From the NCBI RefSeq assembly GCF_902150065.1, contig NC_043996.1:24796745-24860744 (forward strand): a stretch of 64,000 nucleotides of DNA, written 5' to 3'. The notes under the pieces are model-generated. The model ran no database searches. It was not told where the DNA came from and worked only from the letters and a program-made list of their open reading frames with translations. Source of the DNA: Myripristis murdjan. Its lineage: Eukaryota. The translations under genes were made by a program, and so were the position numbers. How positions within the stretch are numbered: the stretch's first letter is position 1; every line of letters starts with the position of its first letter. Shown one piece after another: positions 47,008 through 59,232 of this stretch.

Positions 47008-47096
47008 GATGTTACCGTCACTGCAGGAGACGGAGCTTTCTCTTTCTCTTTGGGTGTTTTCCTGAACATCCCGGCGATGAGGCCTCCTTTGTCCTG
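47008..47096 (-). CDS. Repeat-array exon, basic type (DKGGLIAGMFRKTPKEKEKAPSPAVT)
   Basis: Acceptor 'tgttccag'; donor 'tgacg|gtaaca'. Confidence 0.4.
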
Positions 47097-47665
47097 GAAC
47101 AAAAATGAATAAAATGTCCAAAAACGTAGGAAGAAGCTGTGATGGCTCTTTTTACACAGCCCCAAAATGGATATGATGATTTATACAGCCCACAACACAT
47201 ACTAACGCATTTGCACCCTATAGTTTTCATTGTATATGTAAGATCCTTGTGTAATGTGTTAGTATGAATCATAAAACTCCATGTTGTTAATGTCTCTGCT
47301 ACTTTACAGATAATTTAGTACAGTTTTCATTTATGGAAAATACAAATATGGTGACTTTCATTTTTAAAAGTCATTTTCTGTGAAATTCTCACATCAATAT
47401 GGCAGCATGTTGCACTACCGCTTCATGCAGCACAAGAGCAATCCAACTTTCTCTTAGTTTGCGATAGTTTTTACATTTGTTGTTTTAAACACAAATACTC
47501 AAGGCTGCAGGAAGAGGTGCTTTTTATGTTTCTGAAGAACAAATAGTGTTCGCTTGGAAGCAGCAGAAGAAGAGCTGCGTAGTCAACATGAGCAGCAAAA
47601 GCCACCGCGGCTGAACAGACAAAGTCCACCGAGGAAGACACCTCACAGTGTTTCTCATTCTCTTA

Positions 47666-47770
47666 CCGCTTTGGGCTCTGCCGGCTTGTCCTGCTTGGTG
47701 TTTTCTGAGGAATTTTCCTTTCCTGGAGGCGGTTCGTCGGCGCTGGGATCCGGGCTGGGCTCTCTGCTGG
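47666..47770 (-). CDS. Candidate upstream exon of the repeat gene (TSREPSPDPSADEPPPGKENSSENTKQDKPAEPKA)
   Basis: Acceptor 'cgccccgcag'; donor 'aaagcg|gtaaga'. The ORF is open throughout. Confidence 0.35.
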
Positions 47771-49090
47771 TCTGCGGGGCGAGTCAGAGCAAACTTCAGC
47801 ATAATATGATCAGCCTGGGGTTATTATCCACACAGCCGGACAAGAAGAGACACGGGCATTTACACTGTGTGTTCAAAACATGAGGAAGACCTCCCTAAAA
47901 ATCATGCTGTACCCCTGTTTGTGCAATCCATGTCTTAAACTCTCTCCGGAATTTAACCCATTACATCTCCTTCATTTGCATCTACACTTTCTGATGCTTT
48001 TCTGATGCTTTTGATTAAAATAATAATAATTTAAAAAAAAGAAAATACAAGAGTGTATCATTTTGTGATGTACAGTTAAACGTCCATTATAATGAGCTAG
48101 CAAGGTGAAAAGTCATTTTTTATTGCCTTGTCCATTAATTGCACAAGCAGGTGTTACCTACATCCTTTAAGCCACTGTGTATGAACCACTGATATTGAAT
48201 GAAAGTGAATTCCATTAAATGTCTGTGGTATAAACACATTAACCAAATAAAATTCAGTCCTATTCAAATTGAAACTGATCTAGCTTCCACCACACAGACA
48301 CAAAAAGCTGTCACCACCACCAGCACCAGCTCCAGGCCCTCGAGCAACAACACACTCTGAAAATTAACCCTGCCAGGATATTTCCAGGTAAAGAGTTAAA
48401 AATAGATTTTGCAAAACAATTTCTGACACCAGGAAAGTCCCCACTCTGTTGTCAGAGTGAAGCCCAGCCGCCACCGGCAGGAGAAAACAGCAGAGCAGAC
48501 GGACGTTCATACCTTCGGCGAGGGTCTGATCTGTAAACCTTTCATTACTCCCTTGAGAACGCCCTGCCCATCACAGCCGCACGGCACAAACAGGGGAGGA
48601 AGACACATGCACAGGTTAAGAACTTCATTTCCTCTCCTATTTCATTTCATCCCGTTGATTTCATTTTGGTGCTTGGCACAGATGAACATTAAATTTGAAC
48701 CACTAAGATTTGATTTAGCTTCTTTCCTTACAGACGAAGATGGTTCTGTTTTCCCCTTCCTGTGCCCCAACTTCATTTTTTCCCCATCAAACTGGTTACT
48801 TAATTTTTAGATGATAGTCATGTGGAATTAGAAATTACTTCTACGTTTTCTGCTGCTTCACGCTGCCATGTTCCTTGCACGCTACATACTTGGGTGTTTT
48901 CTGCTCCAGTTGTCAGTGAACATTCGACAACTCAGTGGGTAAAATGTGAACAGAGGGAAATGAAACCAATCCTTATCACTGCGGGGGATTTTTCTGCACT
49001 GAGCCTCTGTTCATCACGCATACAGGTACACACTGGTACAGATTAGTACACACTCCCTCTCTCTCTCTTTCTCACACATACAAACACACC

Positions 49091-49172
49091 TGCTTGCCAC
49101 TGGGAGCCTGTTTTGCAGGGAGATCTTCAGTTTTTTCCTCTTCGTCACCGTCTTTGATCACATAACTCTGAA
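49091..49172 (-). CDS. Candidate upstream exon (SYVIKDGDEEEKTEDLPAKQAPSGKQ)
   Basis: Acceptor 'cttttcag'; donor 'aagcag|gtgtgt'. Confidence 0.3.
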
Positions 49173-49337
49173 AAGAAGAAGAATGGTCAGACAGTGACTC
49201 ATGAGGTGAGCCTCAGGTGCAGCAGGTGATTTGAGGAGGGTAAAAGGAGGAGTTACCACACTCCTTGTTAGCAAAATGTCCAAAATGCATCTCCTTTATT
49301 AATCGGCCATCCCTCCTCTCCTTCTCCTAGTACAGGG

Positions 49338-49531
49338 GTGTCAAACTGGCGCCATGAAGGGCCGATAGGCTGCAGGTTTTCATTCCAACCGAAAACTCCA
49401 CCAGGTGATTTCACTGATGACCTCACCTTCAAGCAGAGAGGAGGAACCAATCAGCGAAATCACCTGGTGGAGTTTTCGGTTGGAATGAAAACCTGCAGCC
49501 TCTCGGCCCTTCATGGCACCAGTTTGACACC
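49338..49531. mobile_element. Foldback MITE: a near-perfect ~95-bp inverted repeat pair separated by a short loop
   Basis: The left arm 'caggggtgtcaaactggcgccatgaagggccgataggctgcaggttttcattccaaccgaaaactccaccaggtgatttc' is the reverse complement of the right arm '...gaaatcacctggtggagttttcggttggaatgaaaacctgcagcctctcggcccttcatggcaccagtttgacacccgtg'. The flanking 'ctagta' is duplicated. Confidence 0.7.
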
Positions 49532-50396
49532 CGTGCCCTAGTAGCAGAGAGAGTTCAGGGCCATGAGGGTTTTCCAGCTGAACATGTTAGTCTAGTCTGC
49601 CTGACTCACTGATCCTTTATCTGACTGAGCTTTGTGCAAATTAAAATCCACAGCCCTGACCACGGCTCTGAGGCATCCGCCGCCTCACTGGGCTGTGTAT
49701 TGATAAATCCATGACGCTGTCCGTGGTGCTGAAGTCGCAGACAGCCGTGTCATTGCGGCTTTTTCTCTCAATCCCGTTCTCCTGGCAGTTTAGTCTTGGA
49801 TTTATAACATTCTCTAAAATCTATACTACAAATACTCAATTTAATACTGAACTGTGGCCTATATACTCTACAGACTAGTGGCACCTTCACGATTAAAGTG
49901 ACAAATAGCAATGTGTAGTCGCAGACGAGCAAGAGGATAATACAGACACACTGCTGCCTGTAGTATTCCTATAATATTGCTTTAATATTTCTATGATCAT
50001 TCAGTAGCATCTGTGCTGCTGAAAATACACCCCAGACCAGGCCATCTCTATAACAAAATATTTTAGGAGAGACATGAGACAGTTATAGTTTTTACTACAG
50101 ATGTTTGGTGTAACCTGGGAGTGGAGCAGGTCATGTGACGGAGGAAATTAACCTGTGCTGATCGCACTTTGTAAGCTTTGTTAAAATGCTTACTGTCCAT
50201 ACTCAGTAAAAGAACAGTTGTGGCTGAGGTGTCCAGCAACAGTGTCCTTTGGAAGGTGTATTTGGGTGTGTGTGTGAGCAAAGGGTGTGTTATTATCGGG
50301 CCCCGTGTTAAAAAATAACAAATCACCGCTGCTCGTCTGATTCAAGCCCCAAAACAACAGCCAGCTTCTGCTTTACATCACCGTCACTCACGGTGA

Positions 50397-50462
50397 AAGT
50401 CGGAGTTTTCTCTTTCTGGCTCCAACGAAACATCCCGCTCAGGGCGCTTTGATTGTCCTAAA
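50397..50462 (-). CDS. Candidate upstream exon with a basic-type-like motif (DNQSALSGMFRWSQKEKTPTFT)
   Basis: Acceptor 'ctgtttttag'; donor 'cacc|gtgagt'. The ALSGMFR motif resembles GGIFSGMFK. Confidence 0.3.
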
Positions 50463-50649
50463 AACAGGAAAAAAGATAAAGACAGTGTACAAAACACACA
50501 AAGTAGGTCAGAGATGGAAATCAGAATCACACATTAAATACCGTTTCATCTTTGGCTTCCTCTGACGGGGCCGTCTCTCTGCAGCCCTGCTGAGGAAGAG
50601 GAAGAGGTAGGCAGTTGCAGTTGGATATTTTGCTATGAGGAACGTGTTA

Positions 50650-50658
50650 TTTCATTGT

Positions 50659-50697
<39 letters not shown>
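50650..50697. repeat. (GT)n microsatellite
   Basis: Seen directly in the sequence. Confidence 0.95.
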
Positions 50698-50698
<1 letters not shown>

Positions 50699-51519
50699 CT
50701 GTGTGTCCTCAGCCTGTACCTTCTTGTGGTGTCTGTGTCTGGTTGTGGCATTCAGCTCCTGTTCCCATGCACAGACACAACAACATAACAAAAGAGAGTT
50801 GGACCAGGAAAAGAAACATGAAACCTTGAATATTACAGCGTGACTCTTTACTGTAAACTTCCCTCATAACAAAAAGCCAACACAAAGCAGCGGCTCGCAG
50901 TTTGAGCTTCACTTGAACTCCAGTTAAATCTGCAATTTTAGTTCTATAAAGACCACAAGGGCACATGAAAATCAGAGAATACTTCCTGAACAGTGACTGA
51001 ATGTTTGGGTGTACTGTACCTTTTCTGTGGGTCTGGCTGGAACCACAGTCCCAGATGGTTTCACTTTAGTTTCTGCTTGTATCAGGTTTCTGTTGGCCTG
51101 GTAGGGGTAGAAAAAAAGGTATTTGTCAAAGACTTATTATTTTTTGATGCTTTTAAGTTGCCTCAGAATATTTGAGCACTCCCACATCGCTCTCGCTCTC
51201 ATCTTTGATGTTTCTTTCTAATTTCCTGTACACAGATTAGACAAAGTAAGAAAAAAAAAGATACCTTATTGTCTGCTGGTGGCATCATCTTGGTGCGGAA
51301 TTGTGTTTTACTCAGTTCCTGGGCAGAAAAAGAGTTGAGGAAACGCCACAAGTATTAAAAAAATGCATTTAAACCATCTGAAGCGGCATTTTCTCCTCCT
51401 CTCCTCTCCTTTGTAAAATACCCAAGGATGAAGTTCAGGAGAAAAGTGCCGGCAGACAAAAATAATGTAATGCCGATATTCAGATTATTTGAATTTGACT
51501 GTTTTGGTGTCCAAACCAT

Positions 51520-52020
51520 ACTGAGGCCGTGTTCAGACTGCAGGCAAATCAGATCTGTTTCTCAAATCAGATCTTTAAGACAGACTGTCCGCAGTGTTTT
51601 TTTTGCAAGACATCAAAGCGGGTTTGTGCATCCAGACATCACCAACCTATCTGCACCGGTTGCTATGGTAACAACGTAGGCATCAGTAACAGTGTGCGCC
51701 GGTGATGCAGCTTTCCAACCAAAGAAGCAGGAGAAATGTCCAGAAGTTGCTGGCAGAAATTTTATTTCAGCGTCGGTCCTCGGACTTTTTGACGTTGTCA
51801 TTGTCATTGTCATTTTGAGAGACATAACAGACACTTTGAAATCCTATTTGAGCGACCAGAGTGCCCGGACTGAGAAATCTGATTGGAATCACATTTCAAA
51901 CCACCTCAAATGTGGTTTGGATCTGATTTTTTTGCAGTCCAGACTTTCTAAAATCGATCTGGACACAATCTGGATACGACAAAAAACAGATTTGGCCTGG
52001 CAGTCTGAACAAGGCCTAAG
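51520..52020. mobile_element. Non-autonomous TIR element (~500 bp) with ends 'gtgttcagactgcaggcaaatcagatctg' / 'cagatttggcctggcagtctgaacaagg'
   Basis: The ends are inverted complements of each other (gttcagactg / cagtctgaac; cagatctg / cagatttg). The internal sequence is AT-rich. Confidence 0.45.
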
Positions 52021-53079
52021 ACTGTCCACTGAAAAACTCAAATTACTACGGTTCTTATAGTTCAGCAGCTGAAGGCAACGCCACACTTTTTCAACGGGAG
52101 GAGAAACACTGAGATTCATTACATAGCTCTGGTCGGGGAGGAAGCTCCATTATAAACAACAATGGATGAAACTCACTGCTTGACATCTGATATTGAATAA
52201 AAGGCCCTGATATTCTGGCTCCTGGACTATCAGGTTACAGTCTGGTGTTCTTTATCAGCAGATTGAAAGAGCGAGAAATGACTCAAATCAGACTCACAGC
52301 ATCTGTAGGTCGTGGAGGCACCACAGGTGTCGGTTTCCCCACCTTCGCAGGTTCATTTCCATTTATCTGTTCACATAATGTCAGAATAAATCCTTTACAG
52401 AAGGCTGTGGGCTTGCTAATAATGGCACTGCACATATTCATTAAGCAGATGTAAATAACCAGACCAGGAGAACACGTGGTTAACCTGCTAATCTAAGTCT
52501 TGGGATTATTACTATACCTCAGCAGGCTTTGGAGGAGGCTTGGGCTGTGAAAAGAAGAGGACAATAACAGACATTGTGAGACCTCAGGGTTTTAGGAAAT
52601 CAATAGAAAACCATTTGCAAACCATTAAAACCTATATTACTAGTAAACGCACTAAGAATTCATAAACTTTTAGTTTTCAAGTGTAGGCTGATTCCTACTG
52701 CACACGTATCATTTTTAGTGAATTTTCACAGACACTGACGTGAATACTCACTTGACTGGGATGGGACAATATTTTGAAATTCCATATATCACAAAACAAA
52801 ATTAATCACCATATTAGCTACATTTTATTCTGCTGTAGTATCACAAAATAAATCCTGATGAACGTCTCACAAGCTCTCCATCAAAATATACGATTCTAGA
52901 ATTTGCAAAGACAACATTGTTAGGTTTTTTACCTTCCAGCAAGGCAGAGCCATTGCTTGAAAAATATGTTCATTGAATCATGAACCCCATATTGTGTATA
53001 ACATCATATCATGTGATAAACATATCATTCCATCCCCGGTGTTTGATATTTGGCTGTGAGTGATTCCTCTCACCGGTTT

Positions 53080-53117
53080 GGGTTTCCGTTTGACCTCTGG
53101 CTTCACCATACACTGCT
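53080..53117 (-). CDS. Speculative first coding exon (MEQCMVKPEVKRKPKP) of the repeat gene
   Basis: An ATG in a Kozak-like 'caggATGG' context is followed by the donor 'aaaccg|gtgaga'. A possible downstream partner exon at 52517-52543 encodes PKPPPKPAE. Confidence 0.2.
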
Positions 53118-55304
53118 CCATCCTGCCTGTTCACACAACACAGGGAGGAAAGTCTCAGCCCCGAGATCAAAACTGTGGAATCTACCAAAAATGTAAGCCT
53201 ACGTTGCTCTGACCTCGACGCAGCCTTAAGGTCTGAAAAGTCTGAATCTCTGCATCACTCGGAGAAACACAAAATAGTGTTTGACAAGCCCCCTGGCCTT
53301 TAAAATGTTGCATTTCGGGGTCCAATTTGTTGTTTGGTTGTGTATTTTCCTATTCCTGCAGATTACAGGTCGAATGTAGATGACATGATGCTGCATCAAG
53401 ATGTTTATGGTGCAGCTGCAATGAAATTTAATATCAGAAAATGGCTCACTGACATAAAACATCACCCGGTTTTTGTGTCTGAACCTTAAAAAGAGGAAGG
53501 GCTTACTTGTAAAGCTGACATTCAACACAGAAATCCAACAGTCACACAGGGAGAAATCCGTGTCAGAAGTGAGACAGATAAAGAATAATACTTTGCAAAC
53601 CAATTTCATGAAGTTACATAGAGACTCCTGCATTCTGGCTTAACTTGCAACGATGCTTTTATCTGCAAAGTTTCAGTGCTAGACCTTCATCATGTAAAAA
53701 CAGGAGATGAAGAGGAGGGAGAGTTTCTCCACCAGCAGTGAAGTCAGTGACCCAAGATGCAATGCACACGTGCCACAAAACATGCTGATTAAGGCTGAAC
53801 AGTTAGAGTGTGCATCAGAGCATGAGAGTGTGAGAGGGGGAAATTTCGTCTTTGTACGGCGCAGCTCCAAGACGTAAACACATATAACTGCAGGAGAAGC
53901 AGCTACAGAAGATGTTGCCAAAAAAAAAAAAACAAACAAACAAAAAAAAAAAAACATGCATGCCTTGTAAATCCTCCCTGGTGGAAATAAAGTTGGATAA
54001 CACTGTTTAAGCAGTAGACAAAAACAACAAAAAGCACTTGAGCTGACATAAGCAACTTGATGTGACTTATGAATACATCCAAAGCCATATTTCTTTTGCG
54101 GGGCAGAGTCTAAGTAATTACTTAAATACTTTCATAAATTATGTTTACTGAAGTTTAATGCACCAATGGCACATTTATACGAAATATTCCAACAGTCTTA
54201 ACATCTGTAAAGTATTAGTAGGCTTGTACCAGCGTGTGCCAGCAATTATGTGTAATTTTCTACGTTTATAACTATTAAAAAAGCAGGGGAAGTATTACAA
54301 AGGCATGTTAAAGCAATTGTCCATTTGTGTGGCTGCATTTAGAGAAGTACAATAATCCACATTTCCTTAGTCAGCGTCGCTCCACACACTCAGTACAGTA
54401 TTTTACATGCTGACATGCCTTAAGGACAGGATCGTCTTGTTATTTAAAGGGACCGGGAACTTAAACGGCACCGACTCGCCTACATCTGCCTTTTCTTTTC
54501 CCTTTTTTTTTTTTTTTTTTTTTTGTAACGAGTTGTTGTCCGACTGAGCGGCTCACCTTCCAGAGGCTTGAGGTCGACTCACGGCTACTTCACTGGCAAC
54601 TTAATCTGTTTTCGTACAGGGAAAGACGCTCCTTAGCTGGAAAAAAAAAAAAAAAACATACACACATTCCCAGGAGTTTGAACCACACCCGCACCACGAA
54701 CACAACATCTGCACTCATGCTGCATTCAGGTGCTGCTCGAAAGCTCCGAACTTGTACTTCTATCTATGTATCCATCGTGTCTGACATTATTACTTTTTAC
54801 TTACTGTTTGGAGTATATAAATTTGAATTATTATCAATTATCCCTTCCGTTTTCCATTAATAAGTCTACACCAGTTACAAAGGAAGAGCTATAGCTAAAG
54901 AGAGGCTGATAATTACAGACATAAAAAATGCGACATTTAAGACATGGATGCGCAAAAAGGGTCTCAATATCTGAAAGATGTACGCAAAATATTTCTGAGC
55001 ATCCAGGGTATTAAACGCTTAAATGTCTCGATCAAGTGCGCTCAACTCGTTATTTCGTGATTTCCGATAGCACTCGAAGGCAGCATCAGTTTCAGGTCTC
55101 CCCAGCGCATCCCAAACAAACTAAAACACGCCCTGCAAGCCTCTGCGGCACAGATATTCCCTTTTAAAACAACGAATTGCGTATCTGCACTGGCTTTCTC
55201 GTCACTGCCACGTAAAAAATATATATATTATATTTTCACAATCATCGTCTGCCAAGTGATCTAGAGATGAAAAGCAGCATCAAAAGTGACAATCTTACCG
55301 AGTT

Positions 55305-55371
55305 GCTGCAGTCGGAGAGGATGTGGGACATGAAACCTTTGTCTTCCTGACTGTGTGGGTGCGGACTCACC
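55305..55371 (-). CDS. Speculative 5' exon with a basic-type-like motif (…SQEDKGFMSHILSDCSNS)
   Basis: Acceptor 'cctttcacag'; donor 'aactcg|gtaaga'. 'EDKGFMSHI' resembles 'QEKGGIFSAMF'. A CpG-moderate region lies 5' of it at 54400-55200. Confidence 0.2.
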
Positions 55372-55399
55372 TGTGAAAGGGGCGTGGTTAGTTTTGAGA

Positions 55400-55402
55400 T
55401 CT

Positions 55403-55441
<39 letters not shown>
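55400..55441. repeat. (GT)n microsatellite
   Basis: Seen directly in the sequence. Confidence 0.95.
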
Positions 55442-55443
<2 letters not shown>

Positions 55444-57750
55444 TGTGTGTGGGAGTGGAAGAAATGCGACTCTGACTCATCAAAGCCAGTTTCACGGGCG
55501 TCAGAGGCCAAGGATGATGTCTTGCTTGTCATGGTTGGTAAGGAAAACACAGGGAGAGACTTGGTTCCAAAAATAGAGCAGGAGAGGTAGTCACACACCT
55601 GTCATCATCTATTAAAAACACCCAAAGCAGTCTATTTGTGCAGTACACTACATTTTGGGGTGCTATATATCCTAAACATCAAAATATTACAATATCATTC
55701 ATCGACTATGTGTAAAATGTAGCCTTCACACAAGCTCATTAAACCTTTAAGAAAAAAAATACTGTAAAATACAATTAAGCAGCTACAAGATAACTGTTGT
55801 GTAACTGTAATTTATTGTAAAACCATAAAACCTAATCTCTCAATATTGGTCTTACAATAAATATCAGTGTCAGTGTCACCACCAATATGACCCTTCACCC
55901 TGACATTAAAATTCTTGGGGAAACACTGGATAATTAACATTTCAAATTGTCAGATATGAGGAAATTTCATATCCTTGCGAAATATCAGCTCTCAGTGACT
56001 TCAGTCTCAAAAATATCGGCGTCAGGCCTTTGAAAATCCATATCAGTGGAGCCCGAGACTCAGTAGCTCTGTGTTGGCAGTGTTAAATCTTGTGTGTAAA
56101 TCCTGTTTTATGACTTAATAATTCAAACAAAGGACCAGAACAGCCACGAAACTTGTTCTTCACCTCCATTGTTCATGGCGGTATCTGAGCAACAGCAAAC
56201 ATTACTGAAGGACAATTTAACAAACGTGTTTACTTTGGTTGTAAGTGAGCAAATACAGAATCAGTGAAGAAATGACTTCAGCCCCAGTAGTAAGTAGAAG
56301 GAAATGAAGTGTTTAAGTGCTGTGCAGTCATTTAATGTCAACCCATAACACACATATTTTTGTCTGACCTTTTATTATCAACTTTACACACATGTAATAC
56401 ACATATTGTCCAATATTGCACATAAAAGGTACCACACATAGTGACACACAGTTCCACCCAGAACAAAATGAAATCATATGCATAACGTTTATTAAACAGA
56501 ACACAGAGCTGATATTAATGGGACATTCTGATGTCCGCAGTGTTACCTTGAACACTGTTCAAGCACCTTGGACTTTTTCTTTGGAACTGCAGTCTAATGA
56601 GGAGGGATTACAGTTCCTCCATCAGTGTCATGTTAAAGAGAAAAGACAAAAGTCAGAAATGCAGTGGTTGTCAGCTGGTTTTCACTCAAGCCACCACACA
56701 GTAACGATTTTACACCTGGGATACCAGGAGAAAGCGATTAGTAACCCAGTATGACAGTAAACCAGAAATACTCTGTAGCTTAGGCTGGCAATATCACCGT
56801 CAGCTTTCATATCACCTCTAAAAACACATCAGGTAGGCTTTTACTACATTCCTTATCAGCTATTTTTTGCCTGATTTGTTCTGCCCCAACCTTGATTTTA
56901 TTGGTGTGAAAGGAAAAAAGTACTTTTTATACAGCAGCTTTCCAAACAGCTTTAAAACTGACTGGTGTCATCAAAAGCTGTTCAATCAGACAGACCGACT
57001 GGTAGAATCACCACAGGTTTGACACATCAGCAAGTCAGATCCATAACCTCCAGCAGAGGAGAGGAAATGGAGGATTGGTTTGCATAGCAGCTCTGAAACC
57101 CACAAAACCAGGATCTACAAATAGAATGATTAAACTGCATTGGATTTCTAAGGCATTATAAATAATGAAGGCACTGCTCCCTAACAGTACACACAATCTG
57201 TAATGTTACACCTGGCAAGTAAAATCTCAGTATTTCAATATGAACTAATACATCTGAATGAATCTCTAAGCAGCAAATTAAGTCAAATGCTAAACCATGT
57301 TATAGATAACAATCTTTTGCTTCTAGTTCTTTTACTAATCTAAAATTAGGCTGTCAAAATATTTGGCTCTGTTAGCCTCCCATCTTAAGAAAAGACACCA
57401 TGGCAGTGTTTAGGCACTGGCACATTTTCTATCAGAAACAGATTTGATACTTTAGCTAACTAATTTTCTCCCTGTAGTGTAACTGCAGACCAAAAACCAG
57501 AGCGTCAGTCTCTAAAAAGAAAAAACTGAAGCACCCCTCTTAGGACACTCAAAATATTTTGAAGCTATTCTTTGAGAGAAATTGGCACCAACCTCCTGCA
57601 ATCAGCAATGCAGGGAGATGCTGGGATAATATATGATACTTTCAAAATAAAAAGTTTAATGTCCCAAGAGGGCAACTGATAAAGAGTCTTCCCATGAAGA
57701 CATCAATAATGCAGTATGGTTTTAGGACTTCATCAGCTTTGAAGCTTTGG

Positions 57751-58705
57751 TCAGACATATTCACGGTTTTCATAATCCTTTTTGATGGCTTTTTTAATGC
57801 GGTCAATTTCATCTTCTGAACTGTCAGAGTTCTCATCTTTCTCTTTGTTGGCATTGTCTGAGGTAGCTGTGTTATCACTGCTGTTGTTTTCTTGTGGGCT
57901 GGTGGACTGCAGCTCCTCTCGTATCCCGTTGAGCTCCACCAGACCTTCGTGCAGCTGCCCAGCAACCTCTCTGATTTTGGCAGCAAACTCTGATTTGGCC
58001 CCTTTCTTGAGTTCTTTTGAGTCTTTGGCCACAAAGTAGATGTCCATACCTACAAAGAGTCCGGTGAGCACCCCAGTAGCCATACTGGCGATCTGAACTG
58101 CTCTGGCTGCTGTGCTGCCTGCCACGTTGGCAATCTGCACCACGCGCATGATCTCATTAGCATTGATGAGGATAGCCTTGCCCACCATGGCGCCGTCCTC
58201 ATAAATATTGTTAAGCGCAGGGAAGTCCCGGTTGTAGGCATGCTTTTTCATCTTGATCAGGTCGAACTTACGCAGGTTCTCAATTCCCTGCTTGATGAAC
58301 ATCATGCACTTATTGAGGTCGGCCATCTTTTCCTGGTAGTCCTCAACTATTTTCTCCACCTTCTTGCGGTCCATGGAGTTGTTAACCTGGTTAGAGATGC
58401 CAGCACCGGCTGAGGTAAGACCGCCAGCTGTGGCCACGCCAAGCCCCACCGCTGTGACAATCAAGGAGGTTCCCATGGTGACAGGGGCTAGAGCCAGGCC
58501 AGCGATAGTGGCCACACCCCCGATAGCACTGGTGGAGCCGCCAGTGATTTGGGCAATCTTTGTGTTCTTGTTGAATTTGTCCAGGCCGTCAGCGATGGCA
58601 TTGAGGTCGATGACGTGCTGCCACAGGCTCTCTGCTCGCTCTGAGAACAGCTTGTTGAAGACACGGATACCTTTCTGCACCTTCTCCGCTGTCACAGCAA
58701 ACGCC
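57751..58705 (-). CDS. ApoL-like gene B terminal exon: a complete apolipoprotein-L domain in a single exon plus a short acidic tail (…SSEDEIDRIKKAIKKDYENREYV*)
   Basis: Acceptor 'ccacccag|GGCGTTTGC'. The translation AFAVTAEKVQKGIRVFNKLF...IAQITGGSTSAIGGVATIAGLALAPVTMGTSLIVTAVGLGVATAGGLTSAGAGI...MDIYFVAKDSKELKKGAKSEFAAKIREV is paralogous to gene A and to the ApoL family. Confidence 0.75.
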
Positions 58706-58889
58706 CTGGGTGGAGCAAGGTCAAACAAGGAATTACTCAGAGTTAACGTAGAGCAGACGTAGTCAGTAGCACATACCCAGTCATCACTATATCTTCAGAT
58801 AACTTGGGAAATGGCTTAATTTATTAGCAAAACAAGGAGACATAAGTGATGAAAAATCTTATTTACATCAACCGTGTGCCATCACTTAC

Positions 58890-58941
58890 TTTGCTTCTTC
58901 TTTTTCTGTCATGTCATCGTCTTGAGGCGTGTCCTCCCACG
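58890..58941 (-). CDS. ApoL-like gene B small exon (WEDTPQDDDMTEKEEAK; 52 nt)
   Basis: Acceptor 'ttcccgcag'; donor 'gcaaa|gtaagt'. Length and phase are identical to gene A 29489-29540. Confidence 0.55.
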
Positions 58942-59192
58942 CTGCGGGAATAAAAGTTTGAATGAAAATAATTTCCCCTCTTTCTTATGCCACATTATAA
59001 TGTAAATGTTAAAATGAGGACTGTATAAGGCTTGGCAGGACAGTGAGTTCAGAACAAGCCAGGCAGTATCAGAAAGGGATGTATTGATTATGTCTGGTGG
59101 ATGCCACTGATCTGACCCACAAAGGACTCAAGTAAAACAAACCCAACAGCCAAACCCAAAGGAATATATCTCTGTATTTGTGTGTAACTTAC

Positions 59193-59232
59193 ACTCCACT
59201 GTATTCCACCAATCCATAAGCCCCTCCACATC
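59193..59232 (-). CDS. ApoL-like gene B small exon (DVEGLMDWWNTVE; 40 nt)
   Basis: Acceptor 'ctctttcag'; donor 'ggagt|gtaagt'. Paralogous to gene A 29774-29813. Confidence 0.6.

Noticed and set aside
58364-58762. 132-aa plus-strand ORF and 63-aa minus-strand ORF overlapping the gene B ApoL exon
   Set aside because: Alternate or antisense frames of the ApoL domain exon.
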